This document shows, one piece after another, positions 16,636 through 26,608 of a stretch of DNA of 35,049 bases. Source of the DNA: a virus. Taxonomy: Duplodnaviria; Caudoviricetes. Below the pieces are notes generated by a model. It was given only the letters and a program-made list of their open reading frames with translations, was not told the DNA's origin and ran no database searches. The position numbers and the translations under genes were made by a program. Location: the IMG/VR virus record IMGVR_UViG_3300010362_000058, positions 1 through 35,049 of that record; one strand, 5' to 3'. Numbering within the stretch: the first letter of the stretch is position 1; every line of letters starts with the position of its first letter.

Positions 16636-18174
16636 ATGGCGCAAAACGGAATTTCCCTAGCCGCCGCGCGCGGCAACTTCCTGACGTGGTGCATCTCCGG
16701 CTATTTGCCGCTTCAGGAACTATGCCGCCCGCTGTTCATCGGACAGCAACTTGACGGCGCCGAGGGCGTCCCGGGCGAATACTACATTCTCTATTCGGCC
16801 AACGAGGCGCGCGCCAAGTTTGGCATGGGTTCGATTCTGGCCTGGATGGCCAAGCAGCACTTCGACTGCTGTCCGGAATTGCCGCTCTATGCCGCGCCGG
16901 TCGCCGACCCGACGACGGGCGCCACCGCCGCGGTCAACACCATCACGATCACCGGGCCGGCGACGGACAACGGGGCGCTGTCGGTTTCGATCCTGGACGA
17001 AATGTTCGCCGTGGGCGTGATCGCCGGCGCGACCGCCGACAACATGGCCGCGGCGCTCGCGGCCGAATTGCAGAAGAACGCCGATTTGCCGTTCACCGTC
17101 ACGGTTGCGGCCGGCGTTATTACGCTGACGGCGAAGAACAAGGGGCCGGCGGGCTCCTGGTTCTCGCCGATTTGGAACCCGAATTTCGGCGACGCCTTCC
17201 CGGCCGGCGTCACCGTCGTGTCCGCGCAGACGACGCCGGGCACCGGCGTGCTCGACGTCGACGCCGCGATCCCGGCAATGGCGTGTCCCTGGGATTGCAT
17301 CGCCCTCGGCACCGAGGACGAGATCGCGGTCAACACCTTCGTCCTATTGGTCCGGCAGAACTGGCGCTGCGGCGTCCAAGGGAATTTCAAGGACGGGCAT
17401 CTGTTCCATAGCCGGACCGACAGCGCCGGGCAGATCGCCGCCTATGGGCGCGACCGCAACAATCCGGAGGAGTGCGTCGTTCCCGTCCGGACCGGCTACA
17501 AGTATCCGGGCTATATCATGGCGGCAGCGTTCGCCTCGCGCGTCTGCTGTACGGCATGCGTCGACCCGTCCCGCCCGGTCCAATACGACAACGGCGTCCT
17601 CTGCCTGCTGTACGATTCGCGGGTCTGTGCCAGCATTTGGACGACGGAGGAAAAGCGCGCATTTTACGACGCCGGCATCGCCAACTGGGACGTCGCCTAC
17701 TCGCGCGGCGTGCGCCAGACCGCGCTATGGATCGAGGAGCCGCTGACGACGTACAAATATGACCCCATGACCGGCGCGCCCGACGGCGCCTGGCAGCGGG
17801 TCGAAAGTCGCTACACGACGGCGAAATTCGTCCGCGACCTGGGCAACTGGTATCGCCGTAACTATGCGTCCGTCAGCCTGGTCAGCGACGGAACGCGCAT
17901 CCCGCAGGGCAAGCGCGCGGTATCGCCGCGTATTCTGCAAGCGTCGATCCTGGCCTGGTTGCGCGGGACGCAAATCGGCTGGACCGCCGAGGACCCCGGC
18001 CAGCTTGAGCGCATGGTCCGGGTCGAGCGGACGAACACGCCGAACAATTGCGACCCGAACCGGGTCAACGTGCTGATCGACCTGGATCTGGTCAACCAGC
18101 TAGCGCGCATCGCAACCAGCATCGACGTGTCGCCGGAATTCGCCTGCATTCCGCCGATAGCCGTCGCGGCCTAA
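16636..18174 (+). CDS. Contractile tail sheath protein (Mu gpL-like), 15 Cys
   Basis: GGGAGGG RBS; FGMGS.LA.M, ITLTAKNKG..G, DPSRP, TTYK and DPNRVNV...DLVNQL motifs. Confidence 0.93.
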   Translation: MAQNGISLAAARGNFLTWCISGYLPLQELCRPLFIGQQLDGAEGVPGEYYILYSANEARAKFGMGSILAWMAKQHFDCCPELPLYAAPVADPTTGATAAVNTITITGPATDNGALSVSILDEMFAVGVIAGATADNMAAALAAELQKNADLPFTVTVAAGVITLTAKNKGPAGSWFSPIWNPNFGDAFPAGVTVVSAQTTPGTGVLDVDAAIPAMACPWDCIALGTEDEIAVNTFVLLVRQNWRCGVQGNFKDGHLFHSRTDSAGQIAAYGRDRNNPEECVVPVRTGYKYPGYIMAAAFASRVCCTACVDPSRPVQYDNGVLCLLYDSRVCASIWTTEEKRAFYDAGIANWDVAYSRGVRQTALWIEEPLTTYKYDPMTGAPDGAWQRVESRYTTAKFVRDLGNWYRRNYASVSLVSDGTRIPQGKRAVSPRILQASILAWLRGTQIGWTAEDPGQLERMVRVERTNTPNNCDPNRVNVLIDLDLVNQLARIATSIDVSPEFACIPPIAVAA

Positions 18175-18186
18175 TAGGGGGACCCC

Positions 18187-18561
18187 ATGGCGACCTGCAT
18201 CAAGTGCAAGGGCGTTCTGAATTTTGTCGTGAGCGGCCGGACGATCCGCCTCCAGTCCGACGGCGACGTCACCGTGCTGGTGTCGAACCAGAATCGCACG
18301 GAGACCTACGACGGCGAATTCACCATGGAGGACCGCAATCCGAAGATCATCGCGACGGTCGTCGTCCCCATCGACCTGTACGTCCGTTATTTCCAGGAAC
18401 TCTGCAACGTGCCGGTGGTCCTCGAGCTATGCGACGGGCGGACGTTTTCGGCCGAGGGCATGTCCAACATTTCGCAGGATCCCTACGACGCTAAAAACAA
18501 CACCCAGCCCATGGAATTGATCACGGACGAGATCGTCGAATTGCTGCCGCAGGCGGCATGA
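18187..18561 (+). CDS. Tail tube protein (Mu gpM-like)
   Basis: Size, position after the sheath, V.LELCDGRTF pattern. Confidence 0.85.
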   Translation: MATCIKCKGVLNFVVSGRTIRLQSDGDVTVLVSNQNRTETYDGEFTMEDRNPKIIATVVVPIDLYVRYFQELCNVPVVLELCDGRTFSAEGMSNISQDPYDAKNNTQPMELITDEIVELLPQAA

Positions 18562-18586
18562 TCGGCGCCGCCGACTAGGGGGTCCA

Positions 18587-19192
18587 ATGCCGTCGCGCGA
18601 ATACGCGCACCTCGAATTGCGCCAGAGCATCACCACCAAGGCCGGGCAGGAAACCCGCGACATCGTCGTCATGCGGCCGACGACCCGCGACATGATGGAG
18701 ATTCTCGACACCAAGGGGCTCATGGCGCAGACGGGTCGCTTCGTCGAGCGCCTGGTGCGCGCCCGCGCCAATGGTCACGCGCCGGCCGAATTCGACGCCG
18801 ACCAGATCGACACCGCCGACGCCAGCGAATTGAACGCGCTGCTCGTCGAGATGCTGGCCGACGGCGACGGCGTCCCGGTCGGGTCGGGCGACGGGATCAA
18901 TGAGCCGATCACCTACACGCTTCAGCGGCCGATCACCTTGAACGACGCCGGCGATACGATTTCGCAGATTCAATTCCAGGCGCGGCGCATGCGCGACGTG
19001 ACCGACTATCTCGACGCGCCGGCGGGCCAGGACTTCCTGGCATTCATGCGGGGATTTGGGCAGCTGCTCGGGACCAAGCTGCCGATGTCGGACTCGATCA
19101 TCAACGCGCTCGACTATGTCGACTACCTCACGATCCGGAGAAAAATCGTGGGAAAGCTCACGGGGCCGCGGCGGAAATGGACAAGGCTGTGA
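18587..19192 (+). CDS. Tail assembly chaperone (short form) with tandem domain
   Basis: Between tube and tape measure; two L..PIT...G...I..R....D units. Confidence 0.85.
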   Translation: MPSREYAHLELRQSITTKAGQETRDIVVMRPTTRDMMEILDTKGLMAQTGRFVERLVRARANGHAPAEFDADQIDTADASELNALLVEMLADGDGVPVGSGDGINEPITYTLQRPITLNDAGDTISQIQFQARRMRDVTDYLDAPAGQDFLAFMRGFGQLLGTKLPMSDSIINALDYVDYLTIRRKIVGKLTGPRRKWTRL

Positions 19193-19320
19193 GCATGATT
19201 GCGATTCAGCTTCGCTGGCCGCCGGGCTCGTGGGACGACCTGCCGCTCACCCGCATCCTGCGCCTTGTGAACGCGGCGTCGGAATTGGCGCGGGATCGCC
19301 GGCTGCCATTTATTGAATAG
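19150..19320 (+). CDS. -1 programmed-frameshift extension of the tail chaperone (gpG/GT or P2 E/E' type)
   Basis: Slippery G GGA AAG at 19150-19156; the -1 frame reads KAHGAAAEMDKAVSMIAIQLRWPPGSWDDLPLTRIL...FIE* to TAG 19320. Confidence 0.85.
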   Translation, partial: GKAHGAAAEMDKAVSMIAIQLRWPPGSWDDLPLTRILRLVNAASELARDRRLPFIE

Positions 19321-19331
19321 GCGGGGCCGCC

Positions 19332-21479
19332 ATGGCGGACTCCCACGCCGTCACCGTCACGCTCGGGCTCGAAACCAGGGGCGAGGAAAAGTTCGACGCC
19401 GTCTCGGACAAAATCGCCAACATCAAGGCCCAGGCGGGCGAGGCGACGGCGGCAATCCAGGAGTCGATGCCGAAGGCCGCCAAGGCCATCGAGGACGTCG
19501 GCGCCAAGACCAGCAAGGCCGTCGACGATTTGCGCGCCAAGCTGCCGGGCGTCGAAATGCCGAATCGGCAATGGGAGTGGCTGAAGCCGGGCGGGCAATA
19601 TATCGGCAAGGGCTCGGAGGCGGCAGCGGCCGAGGCGAAGGCTACGACCGAGACGGCGGCGCTCGCCGCGTCGGTAGGCGGGCTCGGGATTGCCGCCGCC
19701 GCGGCGACCGGGCTCCTGATCTCGCTGGCGGGCACGATCAAGGTGATGAGTGCCGCGGTCGACGCCGCGCAGCAGAGCGCGGCGAACGTCACCAAGGACT
19801 GGGGGCGGGCGCAGCGCAGCGGCGAAGAACTGAGCAAGTCGCAGGTCGAGGCGTCGACCGGGGCGCAATTCTTCGGCCGGCAATTGGACCTCGTCCAGTC
19901 GCAACTTCAGAAGCGGGTCACCGAGGCCCGGATCGAGAAGAAGCCGGGCCTATTCGAGCAGGTCGGCATCACGCCGGACGTCCTCCAGCAGATGCAGCAG
20001 GCGGGCCGGTTCACGCCCACCGGCGTCCTCGAATTCCTGACGTCGATGAAGGAGGCCAACCAGGCCGCGCTGGAGGCGGCCAAGACGACCGGCAAGCCGG
20101 AGGCTATCGCGGCGGCCACCGAGCAGGTGACGAAGTTCAGCCAGAACGTCGCCAACCTATTCGGCCGGGCAATGGAAACGGCCATGCAGGAGACGTCGAC
20201 GCAGGCCATAGCCGACGCGCGCGCCCGCCAAGAACGGGCACAGGGCTTGTTTGAGGCGACGCAGACGACCGTCGACAATGCGCTCGCCCTGAAAAACGCC
20301 TTCGGCGAATTGGACACCACGATGAGCAGCCTCCGCGACCGCTTCGGCGCGGGGGCGACCGAGTCCATTACCGGGTTCATCGACTCGTACACGCAAAAGA
20401 TTCAGCAGTCCGGCGCCGGCGTGTCCGACGCGCTATCGCGGCTAGCCAGCGAGGGGTTCAACCAGCTGAAGGCGGCGGTCGACGGGATCGACGCCAACGC
20501 GATGGCGTTCACCATCAAGGACGTGGTCGAGCAATTGCGCGGCGGCATCGAGACGCTCGGCTCCGTCCTGCAGGGCCTCGTCACGACAATCAACGCGCTC
20601 AATCAGGCCGGCCAATACCTGAGCAATTTCCAAAGCGCCGTGCAGGAATTCGCCCGCGATTTCGGCCTGCGCGGCCTGACCAAGGCGATGCTCGGCGAGG
20701 AGACGGCCAGCAAGATATTCGGCAAAATGGAATCGGCGCGCGAGAAGCAGGCGCGCGAGGAGGCCGAGGCCCGCGAAAAGGCCAGCGCCGAGGCGGCGAA
20801 GAAGGCGGCGGCCGAGCCAATAACCCCGGCGGCGAAGCCGGCGGCGGCGGCCGCGGCCGAGGCCGAGGTCGCCAAGGCCAAGGCGAAGGCGCCGCCCATC
20901 GACCTGACCGGAATTGATTTGACGCCCGCCGCCGCGGCGTTCGCGGGGGCGCTCGCCAGCCAGATCGACCTCACGCCGGCCGCCGGTCCGCTCGCGGCGG
21001 CGATCAACAGCCAGATCGACCTGACGTCCAAGGCCGCCGGCATTGGGGAGGCGATCACCGCCGGGATCGACCTCACGTCGAAGGCCGCCGGCGTCGGCGA
21101 GGCGATTGCCGCCGGGATCGACCTCACGTCGAAGGCCGCCGGCGTCGGCGAGGCGATCACCGCCGGGATTGATATTGCCTCCAAGGCGGTCGGCGTCGGG
21201 GAGCAGATCAGCGCCGGCGTCGACTTCACGTCGGCGGCGTCGACCGTCGCCTCAACGATCAATTCCGGCGTGAATTTCACCGGCGCGGCCCAGGCCGCCG
21301 TCGCCACGCTTAGCGCGGTCAACTGGAATGCCGCGGCATCGGCCGCCGGCGCGACTATCGCGGCGGCGATCAGCGGCGCGGCGGCCGGGATCAGGGTGCA
21401 GGTGACCGGGTCGGTGGCCGGCGCCTCGGTCAGCAGCGGCGGCAAGCCGACCGGCCGCGACGTCCCGGCGGGAGATTGA
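19332..21479 (+). CDS. Tape measure protein
   Basis: Long Ala/Gly-rich helical ORF after the chaperone; hydrophobic segment; C-terminal repeats. Confidence 0.85.
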   Translation: MADSHAVTVTLGLETRGEEKFDAVSDKIANIKAQAGEATAAIQESMPKAAKAIEDVGAKTSKAVDDLRAKLPGVEMPNRQWEWLKPGGQYIGKGSEAAAAEAKATTETAALAASVGGLGIAAAAATGLLISLAGTIKVMSAAVDAAQQSAANVTKDWGRAQRSGEELSKSQVEASTGAQFFGRQLDLVQSQLQKRVTEARIEKKPGLFEQVGITPDVLQQMQQAGRFTPTGVLEFLTSMKEANQAALEAAKTTGKPEAIAAATEQVTKFSQNVANLFGRAMETAMQETSTQAIADARARQERAQGLFEATQTTVDNALALKNAFGELDTTMSSLRDRFGAGATESITGFIDSYTQKIQQSGAGVSDALSRLASEGFNQLKAAVDGIDANAMAFTIKDVVEQLRGGIETLGSVLQGLVTTINALNQAGQYLSNFQSAVQEFARDFGLRGLTKAMLGEETASKIFGKMESAREKQAREEAEAREKASAEAAKKAAAEPITPAAKPAAAAAAEAEVAKAKAKAPPIDLTGIDLTPAAAAFAGALASQIDLTPAAGPLAAAINSQIDLTSKAAGIGEAITAGIDLTSKAAGVGEAIAAGIDLTSKAAGVGEAITAGIDIASKAVGVGEQISAGVDFTSAASTVASTINSGVNFTGAAQAAVATLSAVNWNAAASAAGATIAAAISGAAAGIRVQVTGSVAGASVSSGGKPTGRDVPAGD
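20913..21370 (+). repeat. About nine 17-aa (51-nt) tandem repeats in the tape measure C-terminus
   Basis: IDLTSKAAGVGEAITAG and degenerate copies. Confidence 0.9.
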
Positions 21480-21483
21480 TCTC

Positions 21484-22704
21484 ATGGCGACCGATTGCCT
21501 CGTCCCCGGGTTCATGGAGGCTAGCTGGAAGGGCGTTCCCTTCCATGTCGAGTCGTCGTCCGACGATTTCGGCCGGCGCGGCGACCTCTACGAGTATCCG
21601 CTATCGGAGCAGACCGGATACAAGGATCTCGGTCGGAAGGCCCGGCGCTTCAACGTCGAGGGCTATCTGATCGGCGGCAACCAGGTGGCGCTGACCGTCG
21701 CCATGGCGACGGCGGCCGAATCGCCCGAGCCCGGGATGCTGATGCACCCGATCTATGGGCCGCAGCTGGTCGCCTGCGTGAAGCTGACGACGTCGGCGGA
21801 ATATCGCGCCAAGAAACGGCTGACCAAGCTGTCCTTCGACTTCGTCGAGGGGACGGCGTCGATGGCGCCGTACATGATCGGCGCCGCCGTCTCGGCGCTG
21901 TTCGCGTCCGGCTCCAGCGCCGTGGCGGCGTCGAAGCCGCAGGCGATATGGGTCCCGACGGCGACGACCGACGCCGCCGCACGCGACATCAGCGACGCGC
22001 TCGCGCGCCAGATCGCGCCGGCGGTAGACGAGGACTCCTACGACGCGATTTCGCGGCTAGAGCGCGGCGACCCGCTGACGATCTTCCATTCCGTCGAGGA
22101 GATCGTCCCAGTGGCGCGGATCGGCGCGCCCCGCGCGGCGGCGCCGCCGTCGACCGTCATGCTGCCGCGGCCATACCCGACCTTCGCCGACGTCGTCGAC
22201 CCGATAGACGACGGCACCGCGACGGTCCGGCGCATCCATGCGGACGCGCTCCGCCGGCTGCGGGAATTCAACGCCTATGTGGTCGACCGTCAGGAGGGGT
22301 CGCCGTCCGTGCAATCGCTGGTGCTTTCCACGCGTCTCGCCATGATCCGGGATTATGCGCTGACCGCGGCGCAATCGACCTACCAGACCGTGACCGCCGC
22401 CGTCGCCGATCTGGACTTCGTCATGGCGGTTTATGACGACGAGGAGCGGGCGGCGGCCGACCGCTGCGACGACGCGCTGGTGACGGCGATCCGGGCGGCG
22501 CGCGCGGACGCGGCCAGCACGATCCTGGCGCAGAACGTCCGCCTCCCCGGCGTGACGGAATCGTCCGCCGACGGCGTCTGGCCGTCGGTCGTCGTCGCCC
22601 ACAAGCTCTACGGCGACGGCAAGCGATACGGCGACGTCGAGTCCTACAACCCGCAGATGCCGCCGTTTTTTATCGGGCGCGCGGTGGTCGCGCCGTCGGC
22701 ATGA
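21484..22704 (+). CDS. Mu gpN-like DNA circularisation / tail protein
   Basis: ASWKGVPFHV, GRR...YEYP, DLGR, PG.L.HP.YG and PS.V.A..LYGD motifs. Confidence 0.9.
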   Translation: MATDCLVPGFMEASWKGVPFHVESSSDDFGRRGDLYEYPLSEQTGYKDLGRKARRFNVEGYLIGGNQVALTVAMATAAESPEPGMLMHPIYGPQLVACVKLTTSAEYRAKKRLTKLSFDFVEGTASMAPYMIGAAVSALFASGSSAVAASKPQAIWVPTATTDAAARDISDALARQIAPAVDEDSYDAISRLERGDPLTIFHSVEEIVPVARIGAPRAAAPPSTVMLPRPYPTFADVVDPIDDGTATVRRIHADALRRLREFNAYVVDRQEGSPSVQSLVLSTRLAMIRDYALTAAQSTYQTVTAAVADLDFVMAVYDDEERAAADRCDDALVTAIRAARADAASTILAQNVRLPGVTESSADGVWPSVVVAHKLYGDGKRYGDVESYNPQMPPFFIGRAVVAPSA

Positions 22705-22710
22705 TCGACC

Positions 22711-23838
22711 ATGGCAAACGAGTGGCTAGGCAGCGCGTATGTGGAAATCGGCGGGCAACGCTACGACAAGTTCGTGGCGCTGGAGGTCTCGCGCGACAAG
22801 CAGGACGCGACGTGCAGCGGGTCAATGACGCTATCATGGCCGGGGGCGGAGCAATTCAATGCGTCGAGCCCGCCGGCCCAGGAGCTGGTCGACGGCGCCC
22901 GGGGGACCGTCTATCTCGACGGCCAGCTAGCCGGGACCTTTCGCGTCGACTCGCGGACGTCGCACGGGTCGCCGACGCAATTCCGGCTTGAGCTATCGTT
23001 CCGCGGATTGGCGGCGGCGCTCGTCGACTCGCACAGCGACCATGAGAGCGGCCAGGAGAACAAGAAATCCCCGGCCGACATCTGCAAAAAGCTGATGGAG
23101 GGATATGAGCCGAAGCTGATCGACAAATCCGGATTTAGCCGGCAGCTAGAGCGGTTCATCCTCGACGAGGGCGAGTCGGTCGAGCGCGCCATGCGGCGCG
23201 CCACCCGGGAATTCGGCCTGATCTTCACCGAAAACGAGGAGGGCGACGTCGTCCTGCAAAAGAAGGGCTCCGACGAGGGGCAGGGCCACGCACTCGTCCT
23301 CGGGCGAAATTTCGTCGACTGGTCGGTGAAGCGGGACATCGCCCCCCGCATGTCCAAAATCAAAACGAAGGGAAATGCGGTCCCGACCGACGAAAAATAC
23401 GGCAAGGACGCCGAGGAGCTAGCCGGCGAGTCCATCGACGAGTACGTGAAATTCAAGCGGCTGCACCGGACCCTGATCGACTCGGACCATGACAAGGAGA
23501 CGCTGAAAAAGCGCGCCGTATCGGAGGCAAAGCGGCGCAAGGCGCAGGGGCTCAACGTCACGCTCACCATGTCGACGTGGTCGGACGACGGCGGTCGGCT
23601 CTGGAAGGTCGGGCGCATGCACCATGTGTCGATCCCGGTCGACCAGGTGAACGAGTCGCTCCAGATTTCGTCGGTTAAATTCAACCTGACCGACGACGAG
23701 CGGCGGGCGACGGTCACGCTGGTGCCGAAGGAATCGTTCGGCGACGAGGCCGGCGGCGGGGGCGGGTCCGGCGCGGCGGCGGGCGGGGCGGGCGGCCCGT
23801 TTTCAAGCGGCGGGATCAGCGGCGGGGGCGGCGGGTGA
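22711..23838 (+). CDS. Baseplate hub (Mu gpP/gp44-like)
   Basis: LVDS, GESV, LVLGRN and G.LWK.G motifs; synteny; Gly-rich tail. Confidence 0.85.
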   Translation: MANEWLGSAYVEIGGQRYDKFVALEVSRDKQDATCSGSMTLSWPGAEQFNASSPPAQELVDGARGTVYLDGQLAGTFRVDSRTSHGSPTQFRLELSFRGLAAALVDSHSDHESGQENKKSPADICKKLMEGYEPKLIDKSGFSRQLERFILDEGESVERAMRRATREFGLIFTENEEGDVVLQKKGSDEGQGHALVLGRNFVDWSVKRDIAPRMSKIKTKGNAVPTDEKYGKDAEELAGESIDEYVKFKRLHRTLIDSDHDKETLKKRAVSEAKRRKAQGLNVTLTMSTWSDDGGRLWKVGRMHHVSIPVDQVNESLQISSVKFNLTDDERRATVTLVPKESFGDEAGGGGGSGAAAGGAGGPFSSGGISGGGGG

Positions 23839-26009
23839 GCCAGCGGAATTGGGAACATTGGCTATTCTTGCAGCACAAAGTCCGCAACGTGCTGCGGCGC
23901 GGCTACCTGCTGAAAACCTACTACGACAAGAAGATCATGCAGGGCCGGATCAAAACCGGCGTTGAGATCGAGAACGATCGGCTCGACTGGCTGCACCCGG
24001 TCGGCTTCCTCGGCCGCGTCAAGCCCGGCGACAAGGTTGAGATCCTGACCATGGACGTCGGCGCCGACCCGTCGCGCCGGGTCATCGCCTGGGTCCTCGG
24101 CGACCGCGAGCACCATCCGAAGATCGAGGAGGGCGAGTCGATTCTCTATTCGCCCGGCGACAAAAAGAAATTTGTCAGGGTGTACAAAAAGCCGCAGCAG
24201 GATCAGGGCGGCGGCGGCGGGGGCGGGGGCCGCGCCGACGGCGGCGGCGACGGCCAGCAGAGCGAAAGCAAGGAGGGCATTCACACCAACGCCGACGATC
24301 TGCCGATTTCGTCGCAAACCAAGGACACATATCAATCGAACGCCGACAAGGGTCAGGGCTTCAGCACCCAGGCGAATTTCGACATCAAGGCGGGCCAGAA
24401 CACCCAATTCGAGGCGGCGAAGCACGTCCGCAAGGGGACCACCTATCGCGACGGCGACACCTACACCAACGGCGTCGAGCACGCGACCGATCACGTCGCC
24501 GGCGGCGGGGCGACCGTATCGCCGCCCGGGGCGCGCGCCGGCACGGCCGAACACCCGGACGGCTCGCAGACGTGGGGCGCGAGCGGAAAGCCGGGGACGA
24601 CGTCGCTGCTGGATATTGGGGCGCGGGTCGCGGCGCTCGAGGAAGGCGGCGGCGGCGGCCAGCCCGGACCGCCCGGTCCGCCGGGACCCCAGGGGCCGGC
24701 GGGGCCGCCCGGCGCGACCGGGCCGCAGGGAGCACAGGGGCCCAAGGGCGACAAGGGCGATCCGGGTCCGACGGGACCGCAGGGCAATCCGGGGGCGACC
24801 GGCGCCCAGGGACCGAAGGGCGACACCGGCGCCCAGGGACCAAAGGGCGATACCGGCGCGACCGGCGCCCAGGGGCCACAGGGCGCCCCGGGGGCGACCG
24901 GCCCGCAGGGACCGAAGGGCGACACCGGCGCCCAGGGACCGACGGGGCCGCCGGGGCCGGGCATTTCCGACGGCGACAAGGGCGACATCACCGTCAGCGG
25001 CGGCGGCACGGTCTGGACGATTGACCCGCAGGCGGTGACGTACCCCAAAATTCAGAACGTCACCGCCACCGACCGCATCCTCGGCCGCGCGTCGGCCGGC
25101 GCCGGGACGGTCGAGGAAATCGTCTGCACGCCGGCGGGACGGGCGCTGCTCGACGACGTCGACGCGGCGGCGCAGCGGACGACGCTGGGGCTGGGCAATG
25201 TCACCAACACCAGCGACGCGCAGAAGCCGGCCTATGGCCCATGCGGGCGGCTGGTCTTCGTCGGCCCGACGCAAATCAATTTCCGGCCGTACAACGGCGA
25301 CCGGGTGCGCATCAACGGCGCATGGGTTGCAATCCCGGCGGCCGGCGTGACGGCGGCCAACACCGGCGTAACCGTCGACGGGGCGACCGGCAATCTCGTG
25401 GGCAATGTGACCTATCTCGTCGGCGCCCAGCTTTCCGGCGGCAATATCGTCCTGTCGTTTTGGTCGGGCGTCGCGCACGCGCCGTCGCAAACCGCCGGCA
25501 ACGTCGGCACCGAAATTATCGCCAACAACGACGTGTTCACCCTTGTCGGCCTGGTGCGCGCGGACGCGTCCGGACAATTTTTCGACATTGGCACGCTGTC
25601 GTGGTTCAACCGGGGCGGCAAGTTGCAGCGGCGGGCTATTACCGCCGTTGCCACGGTCACGACGACGGCCGAGACGGAGGTGTCCGCCGATTTCCGCATC
25701 CCGTTCGCCACGTGGGCCGACGAGGTGGTGATGCTCATGCTCGGCGGCGCCGCCTATCCGTCCGCGGTCGCCGGGGCGCGCATCGTCGCCGGCGTTAGCC
25801 TCGACGGCGCGGCCTCGGAAACCCCCCGGGCCACGATTCAGGGCGAGACGACCTTTGGGGCCTACGGGAGCCTGTCGGCCAGCGTCATGAGGCGGCTGGC
25901 GGAGGGCGGGCATTCCGCTACGGTGGTGGCGCGCGTCGGCGGGGCCGGGCAGGTCGGGACGTTCGATCTCGACAACCCGGCGATCCTCCAGGTGTCCGTG
26001 CGAGGCTAA
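23835..26009 (+). CDS. Baseplate spike (Mu gp45-like) fused to collagen and tail-fibre-like domains
   Basis: N-terminal HPVGF...PG.....VG.D....I...DR......GES.LY; 34 Gly-X-Y triplets; fibre motif [18 protein letters not shown]. Confidence 0.85.
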   Translation: MSQRNWEHWLFLQHKVRNVLRRGYLLKTYYDKKIMQGRIKTGVEIENDRLDWLHPVGFLGRVKPGDKVEILTMDVGADPSRRVIAWVLGDREHHPKIEEGESILYSPGDKKKFVRVYKKPQQDQGGGGGGGGRADGGGDGQQSESKEGIHTNADDLPISSQTKDTYQSNADKGQGFSTQANFDIKAGQNTQFEAAKHVRKGTTYRDGDTYTNGVEHATDHVAGGGATVSPPGARAGTAEHPDGSQTWGASGKPGTTSLLDIGARVAALEEGGGGGQPGPPGPPGPQGPAGPPGATGPQGAQGPKGDKGDPGPTGPQGNPGATGAQGPKGDTGAQGPKGDTGATGAQGPQGAPGATGPQGPKGDTGAQGPTGPPGPGISDGDKGDITVSGGGTVWTIDPQAVTYPKIQNVTATDRILGRASAGAGTVEEIVCTPAGRALLDDVDAAAQRTTLGLGNVTNTSDAQKPAYGPCGRLVFVGPTQINFRPYNGDRVRINGAWVAIPAAGVTAANTGVTVDGATGNLVGNVTYLVGAQLSGGNIVLSFWSGVAHAPSQTAGNVGTEIIANNDVFTLVGLVRADASGQFFDIGTLSWFNRGGKLQRRAITAVATVTTTAETEVSADFRIPFATWADEVVMLMLGGAAYPSAVAGARIVAGVSLDGAASETPRATIQGETTFGAYGSLSASVMRRLAEGGHSATVVARVGGAGQVGTFDLDNPAILQVSVRG
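24657..24962 (+). repeat. Collagen triple-helix repeat (34 G-X-Y triplets)
   Basis: [12 protein letters not shown]...GPKGDTGAQ...GPPGPG. Confidence 0.95.
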
Positions 26010-26014
26010 AGGCC

Positions 26015-26608
26015 ATGCCAACCATTGATCCGCTGGTGAATCCCTGCGCGCCGCCGCCGCCGCGCTGCAAGTCGCCCATCGGGCCGCTATTCCGGCCGGG
26101 CATATCGGCGCGCCAGATCCCCGATTGCGGTCCCGACTATTGCGGCCTGCTCGGCTGCGGATCGCCGAATTGGCGCGTGACGAATGCCGGGACGCTGGAT
26201 CGCTCCCGCTGGGTCGAGGGCTGGGTCGCAACCCAGCTGTTCACGCGCGGCGAGGTGTCGTGCGAGGAGCATCCGCTCGGCCGGCGCGCCGGCGGCTGGT
26301 GGGCGGACGCCTTTCGCCGCGACCGCTTCAAATCCGGGTCCAAGCTGTGGTCGCTCAAGTGGGCGCCGGTGACGAATGACACCCTCATCATCGCCAAGCA
26401 ATTCGCCCTGGAGGCGCTCCAATACCTCCTCACCTGGGGGATTGCGTCGCGGCTGACGGTCGACGCGCGCTACATCAGCCGACATGTTATAGGCTTGCAG
26501 GTGACGGTCGCCGGTCCGGGCGTGTCGGCATCGCTCGCGTTCGAGGGACAGGTAACGCCGAACGCCGGCTGGCTCTGGCAGGAATACCGGGGGACGCCAT
26601 GGCGCTAA
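26015..26608 (+). CDS. Baseplate wedge protein (Mu gp46-like) with Cys-rich N-terminal arm
   Basis: LFT, GWWAD, GSKLW.L and A..AL..L motifs. Confidence 0.88.
   Translation: MPTIDPLVNPCAPPPPRCKSPIGPLFRPGISARQIPDCGPDYCGLLGCGSPNWRVTNAGTLDRSRWVEGWVATQLFTRGEVSCEEHPLGRRAGGWWADAFRRDRFKSGSKLWSLKWAPVTNDTLIIAKQFALEALQYLLTWGIASRLTVDARYISRHVIGLQVTVAGPGVSASLAFEGQVTPNAGWLWQEYRGTPWR

Noticed and set aside
23444-23451. ACGTGAAA, a parS half-site
   Set aside because: Half-site only, inside the hub coding sequence
23862-26231. 789-aa minus-strand ORF and many other long antisense or alternate-frame ORFs (e.g. 939-2255, 29148-30374)
   Set aside because: Shadow ORFs of high-GC coding DNA: Arg/Pro/Ala-rich, no motifs, fully overlapping well-supported + strand genes
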